A DNA stretch of 64,000 bases from Patescibacteria group bacterium (GTDB lineage: Bacteria > Patescibacteriota > Patescibacteriia > UBA10025 > JBIOWE01), in NCBI GenBank assembly GCA_044868145.1, contig JBIOWE010000006.1:284537-348536 (forward strand), in the 5' to 3' direction. The notes beneath the pieces are model-generated. The model had not been told where the DNA came from. It ran no database searches and was given only the letters and a program-made list of their open reading frames with translations. The translations under genes were made by a program, and so were the position numbers. Each line of letters opens with the position of its first letter. Position 1 is the first letter of the stretch. Below are positions 21,283-30,122 of the stretch, in pieces.

Positions 21283-22389
21283 TTAATCATTGATCATCGT
21301 TTGAGCAACGGATAAAACGTCTGCAACAGTTATCTTTTCCATGGACTGCTCACGATCAATGTCTGGTATGTCACCTTTATGTACGTTAATCACTGGATTT
21401 GTACCTTTGTAAATATATCGGTTGCGTGGGCCATATGGCGCAAATCTCACTGGCGTGTTCGGACCAAATAAACCAAGCGTTGGTACACCTTGGGCGGCTG
21501 CGATATGAATTGGACCGCTATCATTTCCTATAAAAAGGTGAAATTTTGTCATAAGGTAAAAAAGTTCCTTTAATGTAAATTTTCCTGCAGCATTTATTAC
21601 ATTCGGGAGGTCTGCTGCAATCTTTTCGGATACCTGCTTGTCGCTCTGGGCTCCAACAACAATGAAAGTTGTGGGAAAGTCTTCTTGAAATCGTTCTATA
21701 AACGCCCGATAATTGGCCCAATTCCAGCGTCTTCCTTGTGCCGATCCGCCTGAACCAGGGGCAAAACCAATGAGTACCTTATCAATTAAATGATGTTTGC
21801 GTAATAAGTCATCAACCCCTCCCCTTTCGTGTCGTGAGAACCCAAGTGGTATCAGTCGCGAATAATCAGTATGGATTCCGATGGAGCGAGCTAGGTCAAG
21901 ATACGTTTGGACGACGTGTTGCTTATCATTGTAATGTACCTTCACGTCGTAAAGGATTGAGCGAACGCCGTGGCTAAACCCAATCGATCTTTTAGAAAAA
22001 AGAAATGTCAAAATTGCAGAAAGTCGAAAAAATGGTTCGAGGTCAAAGGCAAGGTCGTAATGATGAAAAAAAAGAAAAAAGGATGGGAGCCGGAAAAAGG
22101 TTAAAATGTGTACCGAAGTAATTATCGCATTATCGGTGTACACATCGCTATTTTTCTTTCTCGTGAGTACATCAATCCGAACAAAATCTCCGTATCTCTT
22201 TCGTATTGCATCAATTGTAGGAAGGGTCAGTACACTTTCGCCAATAGCCCATAGTTTGACAAAGAGTATCTTTCTCGGTTCAACCGCTTTGGTAGAATTG
22301 CGAACGAACTTGAGGGGATAAAACAAAAGGCAGAGTAGCCCCCCGATATACTTATCAATGAACTTTTGCAACGCGTTGACACTCATCAA
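21283..22389 (-). CDS. glycosyltransferase family 9 (second heptosyltransferase-like protein)
   Basis: C-terminal GNDSGPIHIAAAQGVPTLGLFGP GT9 signature. Confidence 0.7.
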   Translation of the reverse strand: MMSVNALQKFIDKYIGGLLCLLFYPLKFVRNSTKAVEPRKILFVKLWAIGESVLTLPTIDAIRKRYGDFVRIDVLTRKKNSDVYTDNAIITSVHILTFFRLPSFFLFFHHYDLAFDLEPFFRLSAILTFLFSKRSIGFSHGVRSILYDVKVHYNDKQHVVQTYLDLARSIGIHTDYSRLIPLGFSRHERGGVDDLLRKHHLIDKVLIGFAPGSGGSAQGRRWNWANYRAFIERFQEDFPTTFIVVGAQSDKQVSEKIAADLPNVINAAGKFTLKELFYLMTKFHLFIGNDSGPIHIAAAQGVPTLGLFGPNTPVRFAPYGPRNRYIYKGTNPVINVHKGDIPDIDREQSMEKITVADVLSVAQTMIND

Positions 22390-22739
22390 TGATCAGTCCT
22401 TTCATACTTTTTTTCTTTCTCGTTTACTTTGTCAAGTGCGATACGCCTCACAAGGCTGGTTATCTCCCGTTCGATAAATTCCAACTTAATGTAAATCCGA
22501 AACACCCCGTAAAACAAAACGATAATGGAGAAGTAAACCAGAGCGTCCACGCCTCGCCCCACGCCTACTGTGTTGGCTATTAGATCTGTAAATGCTGGCC
22601 ACCAGGTAAAAAAAACAATAATGGCCCAAACGAGGAACCACGCCGTTAAAGCCAATGGACTGATTGCCTTATTACGGTACTGCAAATATGCGCGTGATGC
22701 CGCAAAAAGCGCAAACAATGTTACAAGGATTTTAACCAT
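22386..22739 (-). CDS. DUF2304-like small membrane protein, as commonly found paired with GT2 genes
   Basis: 117 aa with two TM helices plus a charged C-terminal tail. Sits between the GT2 and GT9 genes. Confidence 0.45.
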   Translation of the reverse strand: MVKILVTLFALFAASRAYLQYRNKAISPLALTAWFLVWAIIVFFTWWPAFTDLIANTVGVGRGVDALVYFSIIVLFYGVFRIYIKLEFIEREITSLVRRIALDKVNEKEKKYERTDH

Positions 22740-23422
22740 TAACGAAGCAGTTTACCTACCAAATACTTAAAAAGAATTTTACCAAAAGAAAGCGAGCTCT
22801 GACCTTTTGCTAACGAATACTCGGAGTAATGAATGGAAACAGGAACTTCTTGGTACGCTAATTTGTGGCGGTGAATCTCGTCGAAGATTTCAGAGGCGTG
22901 CGCCATACGATCTTGATTTAAACGGATAGTTTGAGCCGCACGTCCGGATAATGCCCGTAAACCGTTATGGGTATCCGTAATGTTTACGCCAGAAGCTATC
23001 TTAGTAAAAAAAACTGCAGCGCGCAAAACGATTTTGCGCACAGCGGGCATTGCTATTGAAGGTTTATTGAGAAATCGCGAGCCGAGTACAACTTCAACAC
23101 GCCCTTCTTGAATCGGTTTAACAAGATGTTGAATATCTTCAACAGCATGCTGTCCGTCCGCATCAAATGTTACGATAATGTCCGCACCGTTATTTAACGC
23201 ATATGTGATGCCCGTTTTCAGAGACGCGCCCTGTCCCCGATTGATAATATGCCGTAAAACAACTACGCCGGTATTTTCTGCGATATCGGCGGTATCGTCA
23301 TCTGAACCGTCATCAATAACAACAATGTTCCTGTACCGTGGACGTATTTGGTTGATAACCTCTTTTATTTTTTTTGACTCATTCAGGGCAGGTATAACAA
23401 CGTAGATATTCATTGAAATCAA
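22739..23422 (-). CDS. glycosyltransferase family 2 (Dpm1/polyprenyl-phosphate glycosyltransferase-like)
   Basis: VVIPALNE, VIDDGSDDDT and DADGQH motifs. Confidence 0.75.
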   Translation of the reverse strand: MISMNIYVVIPALNESKKIKEVINQIRPRYRNIVVIDDGSDDDTADIAENTGVVVLRHIINRGQGASLKTGITYALNNGADIIVTFDADGQHAVEDIQHLVKPIQEGRVEVVLGSRFLNKPSIAMPAVRKIVLRAAVFFTKIASGVNITDTHNGLRALSGRAAQTIRLNQDRMAHASEIFDEIHRHKLAYQEVPVSIHYSEYSLAKGQSSLSFGKILFKYLVGKLLR

Positions 23423-23544
23423 TAGAAAAAAGAAATTTGCTAACTACTATATTCTACTGAAAAATTAAGTATTTTGCAAGTACCTCCTTATATGACAAGA
23501 AGAGACTTTAAGCCCCTTTCCAGGGTCCGTCAACGAGCACTCAT

Positions 23545-24849
23545 CTACCGCCCGATCCCTTTGTAGACAATCCCGAGCTTTTGTATTCCGCTCTTGTCAA
23601 GACAATTCTTCCCATCAACAACTACCCGAATCTTGTACTTTTTCAATATCTTTGGTGTAATCTTCTTGAACTCATCGTGGTCTGTCGCAAGAACTATGGC
23701 TTCAGATTTCTTGAGTAAAGACTCGAGGGATTGGACGTTGGAAAGGTTCGGCACAAACGGGTCGTAAATATGCAACGATACACCCAAGCCTTTGAGCAAT
23801 TTTATTATTTTGAGCGAAGGACTTTCACGCAGGTCGGCGATGTTCGCTTTGTAGGAAAGACCGAGTAATCCAACGGCAGTGCCGCGGGCCGGCCTTTTAA
23901 TTGCATTCAAGCTGTCAATCAGTTGGTCTACCGTATACTGCGGCATGCTGTTATTGATCTCGCGCGCAAGTTTCAAGAACGCATGGTTAAATCCCCTTTC
24001 ACGTGCCTTTTCTATTAAATAATATGGATCAACCGGTATACAGTGGCCACCAACGCCTGACGACGGCCAATGAGCCATAAATGCAAAAGGTTTCGTCGAC
24101 GCGCCTTTAATCACGTCTACCACGTCAATGCCAAGTGTATCAAACGATTTTGCCAACTCGTTCACGAACGCTATGTTAATATCGCGAAATGAGTTTTCGA
24201 CGATCTTAGTCGCCTCCGCTTCCTTAAGCGATTTCATCGGCAGAATCTCAGCTTCGATGATAGTTCGATAGAACTTCAAAGCGCGTTTCAATCCCCGCTC
24301 GTTGTAGGCACCAACGACGCGCGGGATATTACGAACGTTCCACTTTTTATCGCCCGGATTGATGCGTTCAGGGCAATGCGCCAAGTCAAAGTCCTTGCCA
24401 GCCTTCAGGCCGGACTTTTCTAGAATGGGCACCATAACCTCTTCGCATACGCCAGGGTTCACGGTCGATTCCATGATGATGAGCTGACCTTTTCGCAAAT
24501 TTTTGCGAATCCCCTCTGTCGCGGATATCACTGGCCGCAGATCGGGATGATAGAGTGCGTCAACGGGCGTGGGCACGCAAACGCAAATTATGTCCGCCTT
24601 TCGAAGAACTCGATAATCCGTTGTCGCTTCTATTTTTACGCGTTTCAACCATTCGCTCAATTCCTGGTCATGGATAGGGCTTACTCCCTTGTTGATGAGG
24701 TTGAGCTTCTTGCGGTCTTTTCCGATGCCATAGGTCTTATACCCTTTTTCCGCGCAAAGGCAAGCTAGGGGCAACCCAACGTAGCCAACGCCGATAACTG
24801 CAACCGCTTCTTTTCTTCGCTTTAATGTTTTACGCTTCATTGTTTTCAT
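23545..24849 (-). CDS. UDP-glucose/GDP-mannose dehydrogenase family nucleotide-sugar dehydrogenase (Ugd/WbpA/WecC-like)
   Basis: VIGVGYVGLP NAD motif. Catalytic region GGHCIPVDPYYL. The start is set at the internal MKTMKRK; the longer ORF to 24906 overlaps the upstream gene. Confidence 0.8.
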   Translation of the reverse strand: MKTMKRKTLKRRKEAVAVIGVGYVGLPLACLCAEKGYKTYGIGKDRKKLNLINKGVSPIHDQELSEWLKRVKIEATTDYRVLRKADIICVCVPTPVDALYHPDLRPVISATEGIRKNLRKGQLIIMESTVNPGVCEEVMVPILEKSGLKAGKDFDLAHCPERINPGDKKWNVRNIPRVVGAYNERGLKRALKFYRTIIEAEILPMKSLKEAEATKIVENSFRDINIAFVNELAKSFDTLGIDVVDVIKGASTKPFAFMAHWPSSGVGGHCIPVDPYYLIEKARERGFNHAFLKLAREINNSMPQYTVDQLIDSLNAIKRPARGTAVGLLGLSYKANIADLRESPSLKIIKLLKGLGVSLHIYDPFVPNLSNVQSLESLLKKSEAIVLATDHDEFKKITPKILKKYKIRVVVDGKNCLDKSGIQKLGIVYKGIGR

Positions 24850-25753
24850 ACCATTCCCACGTTTTTTTAATCCCTGTCTGCAATGTGGTGCGTGGCTTCC
24901 AACCAAGTAATGACTTGGCCCTTACATAGGACAAGGCACTTCGGCGTTGTTCGTCCGCAAGAGCAGGGCCGTGTTTCACTCCAGGGGTCTTATGTGAAAC
25001 CTCCTGCATAACAGTTAGTAATTGGTTAATTGATGTTTCCCTGCTTGTTCCAATGTTCACCGAACCAAGCGCAGTATTCTTCAATGCTCGCAGCGCAGCG
25101 TCCACCGCGTCCTGCACGTAGACGAAATCACGGGTTTGCTTGCCGTCGCCGTTGATAATAACTCGTTGACCATGCAAAAGACGCTTTGCAAAAATCGCAA
25201 CAACGCCAGCTTCCCCCTGCGGATCCTGACGCGGGCCATACACGTTTGCGTAGCGCAGTGCGACATATGGTAACTTAAATGTTCGCCAGTAAAAATTCAG
25301 ATATTGTTCAACAGAATACTTTGCAATACCGTACGGTGTTACCGGACGGCACTCGGTTTGTTCCGTTGTCGGTACCTTGGCGTCAAAACCGTACGCGCCC
25401 CCGGTCGAGGCAAACACGATTTTCCTGGCTCGATGCCGCTTTGCAATATCCAAGATATTAAGCGAGCCGATGATATTCTGTTCAGCATCAAAGATCGGAC
25501 GCTCGATTGACAGACGAAGACTTTTTTGTGCTGCGAAGTGAAAAACGTATTGGGGACGGCGTTTTTGAAAAATTGTTGCAATGGCTCTCGACCGTACGTC
25601 AACACGATAAAATAGAGCATTGGCATGAACATTGCTCCGCTTACCCGAGGATAAGTTATCAATCACAACCGTTCTGTACCCTCTGCGAATAAGGAGATCG
25701 ACAAGATGTGAGCCAATGAACCCCGCGCCGCCAGTCACCAGTACTGTACGCAT
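24830..25753 (-). CDS. NAD-dependent epimerase/dehydratase (UDP-hexose 4-epimerase-like)
   Basis: VLVTGGAGFIGSHLVDLL. YGIAKYSVE catalytic YxxxK. Confidence 0.8.
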   Translation of the reverse strand: MRTVLVTGGAGFIGSHLVDLLIRRGYRTVVIDNLSSGKRSNVHANALFYRVDVRSRAIATIFQKRRPQYVFHFAAQKSLRLSIERPIFDAEQNIIGSLNILDIAKRHRARKIVFASTGGAYGFDAKVPTTEQTECRPVTPYGIAKYSVEQYLNFYWRTFKLPYVALRYANVYGPRQDPQGEAGVVAIFAKRLLHGQRVIINGDGKQTRDFVYVQDAVDAALRALKNTALGSVNIGTSRETSINQLLTVMQEVSHKTPGVKHGPALADEQRRSALSYVRAKSLLGWKPRTTLQTGIKKTWEWYENNEA

Positions 25754-25756
25754 ACG

Positions 25757-26773
25757 TTAATTCGCTCCAAGGTCCAAGGATTTCCTGCCCTTCATGTATG
25801 CAATCGTTTGGGTCAATCCATCCTCTAACGAAGTTACCGGAAGCCATCCGAGTCGTTCTTTCGCAAAAGCAAGGTCTGGGACTGGCTGACGTGAAAATTC
25901 TTGACGTGATTCCTCGTAGATAACCTCGGATCGTGACTCACACATCTTGATGATGAGTCGCGCAACATCTTCTATCGTATACTCTTTGACGCCGCCCATA
26001 TTGACTGGACCTGACTCACTCGTCCGTATAAATTTCATTACGCCATCCATGATATCGCTCACGTAGCAAAAAGTGATCTTCGTATTGGGCTTAGCGGTAA
26101 TGACAATGGATTTACCCATGAGTGCCCGATGGATAAATTCCGGAATCATCCGACCGTCATCTAGCTTCATCCCCGGACCATAGGCATTAAAAATACGAAC
26201 GATCTTCGCATCAAAATTGTGGAGCTTTCGATATTGAAACGTCAAGTTTTCCGCGAAACGCTTACCCTCGCCGTATACGCTCCTGTCCGCGAGTGGGTCA
26301 AGAAACCCCCAGTAAATTTCGGGGATCGGCTTGTCTTCAATCGGTTCACCGTAGATTGCCGCCGACGAAAACAGCATAAACTTCGCATTGTATTTTTCCG
26401 CAACGTCCAAAGCGTGCTTTGTTCCAAAGGCGTTTGCGAGAAGCGTTTCAATCGGATATCGCACATAGTCACGCGGAGAGGTCGGGCTTGCCAAATGATA
26501 GACCTCCTGAACGCCCTGGAAGGAAATTTTGAATACCTCAAGTTCATCAAAACGCTCGAGATCAATGGGTTTGGTCACGTCGTGGCGAATAAATTTGAAA
26601 TCAGGATACTGCAGCAAATGATTAATGTTCTCCAAGTTCCCGGTCAGGAAATTATCAACGCAAATGACTTTGGCGTCTTTCAAAAGTAATTCGCAAAGAT
26701 GAGATCCAAGAAACCCCGCCCCCCCGGTGATGAGAACATTCTTTTTTTCGAAAATTGGTCGTTGTGTAGCCAT
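25757..26773 (-). CDS. UDP-glucuronate decarboxylase (UDP-xylose synthase / ArnA decarboxylase-domain-like)
   Basis: VLITGGAGFLGSHLCELL. YGEGKRFAE catalytic motif. IVRIFNAYGPGM, characteristic of the UXS family. Confidence 0.7.
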   Translation of the reverse strand: MATQRPIFEKKNVLITGGAGFLGSHLCELLLKDAKVICVDNFLTGNLENINHLLQYPDFKFIRHDVTKPIDLERFDELEVFKISFQGVQEVYHLASPTSPRDYVRYPIETLLANAFGTKHALDVAEKYNAKFMLFSSAAIYGEPIEDKPIPEIYWGFLDPLADRSVYGEGKRFAENLTFQYRKLHNFDAKIVRIFNAYGPGMKLDDGRMIPEFIHRALMGKSIVITAKPNTKITFCYVSDIMDGVMKFIRTSESGPVNMGGVKEYTIEDVARLIIKMCESRSEVIYEESRQEFSRQPVPDLAFAKERLGWLPVTSLEDGLTQTIAYMKGRKSLDLGAN

Positions 26774-26775
26774 AG

Positions 26776-27480
26776 TTATACGTGACGAAAACGTAGCTGA
26801 AGGAGCGTGAAAAACATCCGAGCGCTTGTAAGAAGTAATTTCAGAGGTGATCCGAGCAGCGCTGAACTTGACTGATCAACCCAGATTGTTGGTGCTTCGC
26901 GGATGCGGAAGCCGCGCTTCCAGGCAAGATAGAGGAGTTCAACATCGAAAACCATGTTCGTAATGCGTAAATCCGGGAGAAGACGATCGATGACTGTGCG
27001 TCGAAACAGTTTTGCGCCGCATTGCGTATCGCGAAACGGCAGGCGAAAGAGTAAAAAAACGCAGATACGGAATAAACGGCTGACTATGGTCCGGACAAAG
27101 GATCGGTCTGAAACCTTCGCGCCGGCTACCCACCGGGAAGCTATAACGCCATCAAACGCATCAAGTGATTGGAGTAGTTTTTTTAATTCAGTAGCGCTCG
27201 TTGCGCCATCCGCGTCAACAAAACCGATAATGTCTCCACGTGACTCAGCAAACCCTCGACGCACCGCGGCGCCTTTGCCGGCTTTTTCCGGGATGTTGAT
27301 TAAACGAACAATGGGGTTGGCTCTTTCAACTGCTTGAACGATTTTAACCGTGTGATCAGTGCACCCGTTTGTGACCACAAGAATTTCGACATCGCGCTGG
27401 AAAACTGACAAAAAATCTTCAAGGGTTTTGCGAATACGTCGTTCCTCATTATATGCGGGAATCGTCAATGACAAGAGCAT
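26776..27480 (-). CDS. GT2 polyprenyl-phosphate glycosyltransferase (ArnC/Dpm1/GtrB-like)
   Basis: LTIPAYNE, DADG and ASRW motifs. Followed by a GtrA-family gene. Confidence 0.75.
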   Translation of the reverse strand: MLLSLTIPAYNEERRIRKTLEDFLSVFQRDVEILVVTNGCTDHTVKIVQAVERANPIVRLINIPEKAGKGAAVRRGFAESRGDIIGFVDADGATSATELKKLLQSLDAFDGVIASRWVAGAKVSDRSFVRTIVSRLFRICVFLLFRLPFRDTQCGAKLFRRTVIDRLLPDLRITNMVFDVELLYLAWKRGFRIREAPTIWVDQSSSALLGSPLKLLLTSARMFFTLLQLRFRHV

Positions 27481-27524
27481 AGCGTGCTTGTATTATAGAA
27501 AAAAAGAGGACTGCGCACAAGGTG

Positions 27525-27980
27525 CTATTCTCGCTCGGTCGGACGGAAGGTCCAGAACTTATTCCCAAAGAAGTTACTAAACAGAACGAGAGAGATTGCA
27601 ACCGCCTTGGCAAAAAAATCCTCTCCGCTCCCAAATAACCGCTCTGCGTGCGTGTACTCAACAACTGCATACGTTATGCCGACATTCAAAAAATAGTTTA
27701 CCGTGCTGACAAGTAAGAATTTGCCGTACTCAATACGGCCGCGACCGCTTTGCCCCTGCTGAAACGTCCAGTATTTATTGAGAAAGAAATTGTTCAGGAT
27801 TGCGAGGAAAACGCTTATTGCTGTCGCATCAATGTAGTACAGTCCTACGCCCCGCGTCAGCAATGTGTAGACTCCAAAATCGATAACTGTTCCGGTCAGG
27901 CCGACAACCGAAAATTTCGCAAACTCATAAAGCGAGGGGTGCCGCTGAAAGAATTGTATGTTGTCAATTCTTTTGAACAT
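27525..27980 (-). CDS. GtrA family membrane protein (lipid-linked sugar translocation-associated)
   Basis: 151 aa with 4 TM helices. FKFSVVGLTGTVIDFGVY and NKYWTF motifs. Confidence 0.7.
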   Translation of the reverse strand: MFKRIDNIQFFQRHPSLYEFAKFSVVGLTGTVIDFGVYTLLTRGVGLYYIDATAISVFLAILNNFFLNKYWTFQQGQSGRGRIEYGKFLLVSTVNYFLNVGITYAVVEYTHAERLFGSGEDFFAKAVAISLVLFSNFFGNKFWTFRPTERE

Positions 27981-27985
27981 ATAGA

Positions 27986-30121
27986 TTAACGGGCAACTAC
28001 TCCGACAAACACGCCGCCACGAAACGCCAAAGTGTAGGCGAAGAATTGTCCAAGGACCTTGCCGGTTAGGTTAAAAAGACGAACTTGTGGTCCGCCACCA
28101 TACCCCGCACCCGCAACAATATCGTCTGTACCATCATTATTCACATCCCCAGCGGCAACATGAACGCCACCGCGAAAGGTTGATGCATACGCGAAGAATT
28201 GCCCAAGGACCGTTCCCGACTTCGTGAATATGCGGACGTGCGGGCCTCCGTTGGAAAAAGGACCTGTGACGATTTCATCCACCCCGTCACCGTTCACATC
28301 ACCGGAAGCCACGGAGACGCCACCCCGAAAGGTCGCGGCGTAGGCAAGAAATGGCACATACTTCCGCGTGCCAAACCGGTCAAAAATGCGTACCTCGGGA
28401 ACTGTGCCAACGCCTGCGCCAGCGATAATTTCATCTACCCCATCACCATTAACATCGCCGGCAGCGACGAAAACGCCGCCACGCTGCGCCTGATCAAAGG
28501 CAAAGAATCCCGGGGTGAACTTCGGCTTGCCATAACGGTCAAACACGCGCACCTGGGGTCCGCCGCCGTTGCCCGGACCGGTGATTATTTCATCCATCCC
28601 GTCGCCATCAAGATCTCCGACTGCAACATGCACACCGTTGCGAAATGTCGAGGCGTAAGCGAAAAACCCCGGCGTGAAGACTGCCGATCCGTTGGTTCGG
28701 AACACACGTACCTGAGGGCCGCCGCCAGGCCCTACGCCGGTAATAAGTTCCGAGGTACCGTCGCCGTTTACGTCGCCAGACGCTACTTCAACGCCTCCCG
28801 GAAACGTGGTTGCGTACGCGAAAAATTCAGATGCTACATTTCCTGATGCGTTGAGGAGGCGAACGTGGGGGCTGCCACCCGGGCCTGCACCCGTTACAAT
28901 GAGGTCGGACAGCACAATCGCTTGCTCGCTGTTAATGCTTTTTGCCAGGTTCACGCGTCCAGCGCCCAACTGACCCGCGTACGATGGATTACCCGCATCC
29001 AAATCATCTGACCCCTGAAACAGAACATCAGACACTTCAGAAAAAAATAGAAGGGGGTTTTTCGCCATGATGAGTGACAGGGCGCCGGCAATAACAGGGC
29101 TTGCGACCGACGTTCCGTACCATCCAGACTGATAGTAATCCGTAAACCCCTGGCCAGGAGAATAAAAAACCGTGCTGGTCATGTTAATGCCAGGGGCTGA
29201 AATATCGATACAGGGTCCATAGTTAGAAAAGCTTGTTTTGTGATCCAGCTCATCCGTGGCCGCAACACCGATAACATTGTCATTACACACCGGATATTGG
29301 GGTGTCGTGGCAAGGTTCACATTGTTATTACCGGCGGCGGCAACGACCAGGGCACCATGCTGCGCGGCATTGGTGATCGCCTCTTGAAGTACCTGACTAT
29401 TCGTTGATCCCACGAGGCTGAGATTGATAATATCAGCGCCCTTTGCAACAGCGTAGTTCACTCCTTCAGCAATAGTCAGAGTATCCCCCAGCCCGCTCCC
29501 GTCAAGCACGCGAACGGACATAACCCTACTGGTCCATACAACACCGCTTATGCCTGCCGCATTATTGCCTACTGCCGCCGCTATGCCAGCGACGACAGTG
29601 CCGTGACTCATGCCCGTGTCAGTCCACGCACCATCAAATTTCGGATTTGGATCAGCACTCCCTTGCACAAAATCCCAGCCATGAACGTCATCAATAAACC
29701 CATTCAGGTCATCATCAATACCGTTGCCAGGTATTTCTCCTGTGTTCATCCAAATATTCCCGGCCAGGTCCGGATGGTCAAGATCAACGCCGGAGTCAAG
29801 AACCGCGATAACGACGTCTTGTGATCCCGTTGTAACGTCCCAGGCAGTTGGCGCTTGAAGGGGTGAAAAATACCATTGGCTTGCATACAGCGAATCATCA
29901 GGCACTGTGGCCATCGAAAAACTCGCCAACGGTTCACGGATGGTGGCTCCATCATGTTCCATGATAATGGTATTGCCGTCCATACGGTAACTCACCCGAT
30001 CAAGATGATGAGGGCGACGGGAGACGTTATAACCAACGCTTGCCTCAACTGGATAAAACAAAAAGCACAGTACAAAGCACAGCGCAGTTAACGATCGTAT
30101 GGATGAGCAGCGCGCTGCCAC
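27986..30121 (-). CDS. secreted subtilisin-like serine protease (peptidase S8) fused to a C-terminal FG-GAP repeat beta-propeller
   Basis: N-terminal signal peptide. S8 triad motifs VLDSGVD (Asp), HGTVVAGI (His), GTSVASPVIAG (Ser). The C-terminal ~310 aa hold six ~44-aa repeats (GDVNGDGxDEIxxGxGxGGGPQVRxF...FFAY), with a possible degenerate seventh. GTG start 1 nt after the upstream stop. Confidence 0.85.
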   Translation of the reverse strand: MAARCSSIRSLTALCFVLCFLFYPVEASVGYNVSRRPHHLDRVSYRMDGNTIIMEHDGATIREPLASFSMATVPDDSLYASQWYFSPLQAPTAWDVTTGSQDVVIAVLDSGVDLDHPDLAGNIWMNTGEIPGNGIDDDLNGFIDDVHGWDFVQGSADPNPKFDGAWTDTGMSHGTVVAGIAAAVGNNAAGISGVVWTSRVMSVRVLDGSGLGDTLTIAEGVNYAVAKGADIINLSLVGSTNSQVLQEAITNAAQHGALVVAAAGNNNVNLATTPQYPVCNDNVIGVAATDELDHKTSFSNYGPCIDISAPGINMTSTVFYSPGQGFTDYYQSGWYGTSVASPVIAGALSLIMAKNPLLFFSEVSDVLFQGSDDLDAGNPSYAGQLGAGRVNLAKSINSEQAIVLSDLIVTGAGPGGSPHVRLLNASGNVASEFFAYATTFPGGVEVASGDVNGDGTSELITGVGPGGGPQVRVFRTNGSAVFTPGFFAYASTFRNGVHVAVGDLDGDGMDEIITGPGNGGGPQVRVFDRYGKPKFTPGFFAFDQAQRGGVFVAAGDVNGDGVDEIIAGAGVGTVPEVRIFDRFGTRKYVPFLAYAATFRGGVSVASGDVNGDGVDEIVTGPFSNGGPHVRIFTKSGTVLGQFFAYASTFRGGVHVAAGDVNNDGTDDIVAGAGYGGGPQVRLFNLTGKVLGQFFAYTLAFRGGVFVGVVAR
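27990..28920 (-). repeat. about six tandem ~132-nt degenerate coding repeats (FG-GAP blades) inside the subtilase gene
   Basis: Periodic protein repeat. The plus-strand antisense ORF 28199..28846 is an artifact of this repeat. Confidence 0.6.
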
Positions 30122-30122
30122 C

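Noticed and set aside
24850-24906. Longer start for the UDP-sugar dehydrogenase ORF
   Set aside because: It would overlap the upstream epimerase gene by 77 nt. The internal MKTMKRK start leaves a normal short overlap
28199-28846. 215-aa plus-strand ORF with a repetitive sequence
   Set aside because: It is antisense to the FG-GAP repeat region of the subtilase gene. Its periodicity mirrors the coding repeats on the other strand, and it has no RBS
27990-28920. Possible CRISPR-like repeat array
   Set aside because: The repeats are ~132-nt degenerate coding repeats in frame within a protease gene, not short identical repeats with unique spacers. No cas genes are nearby
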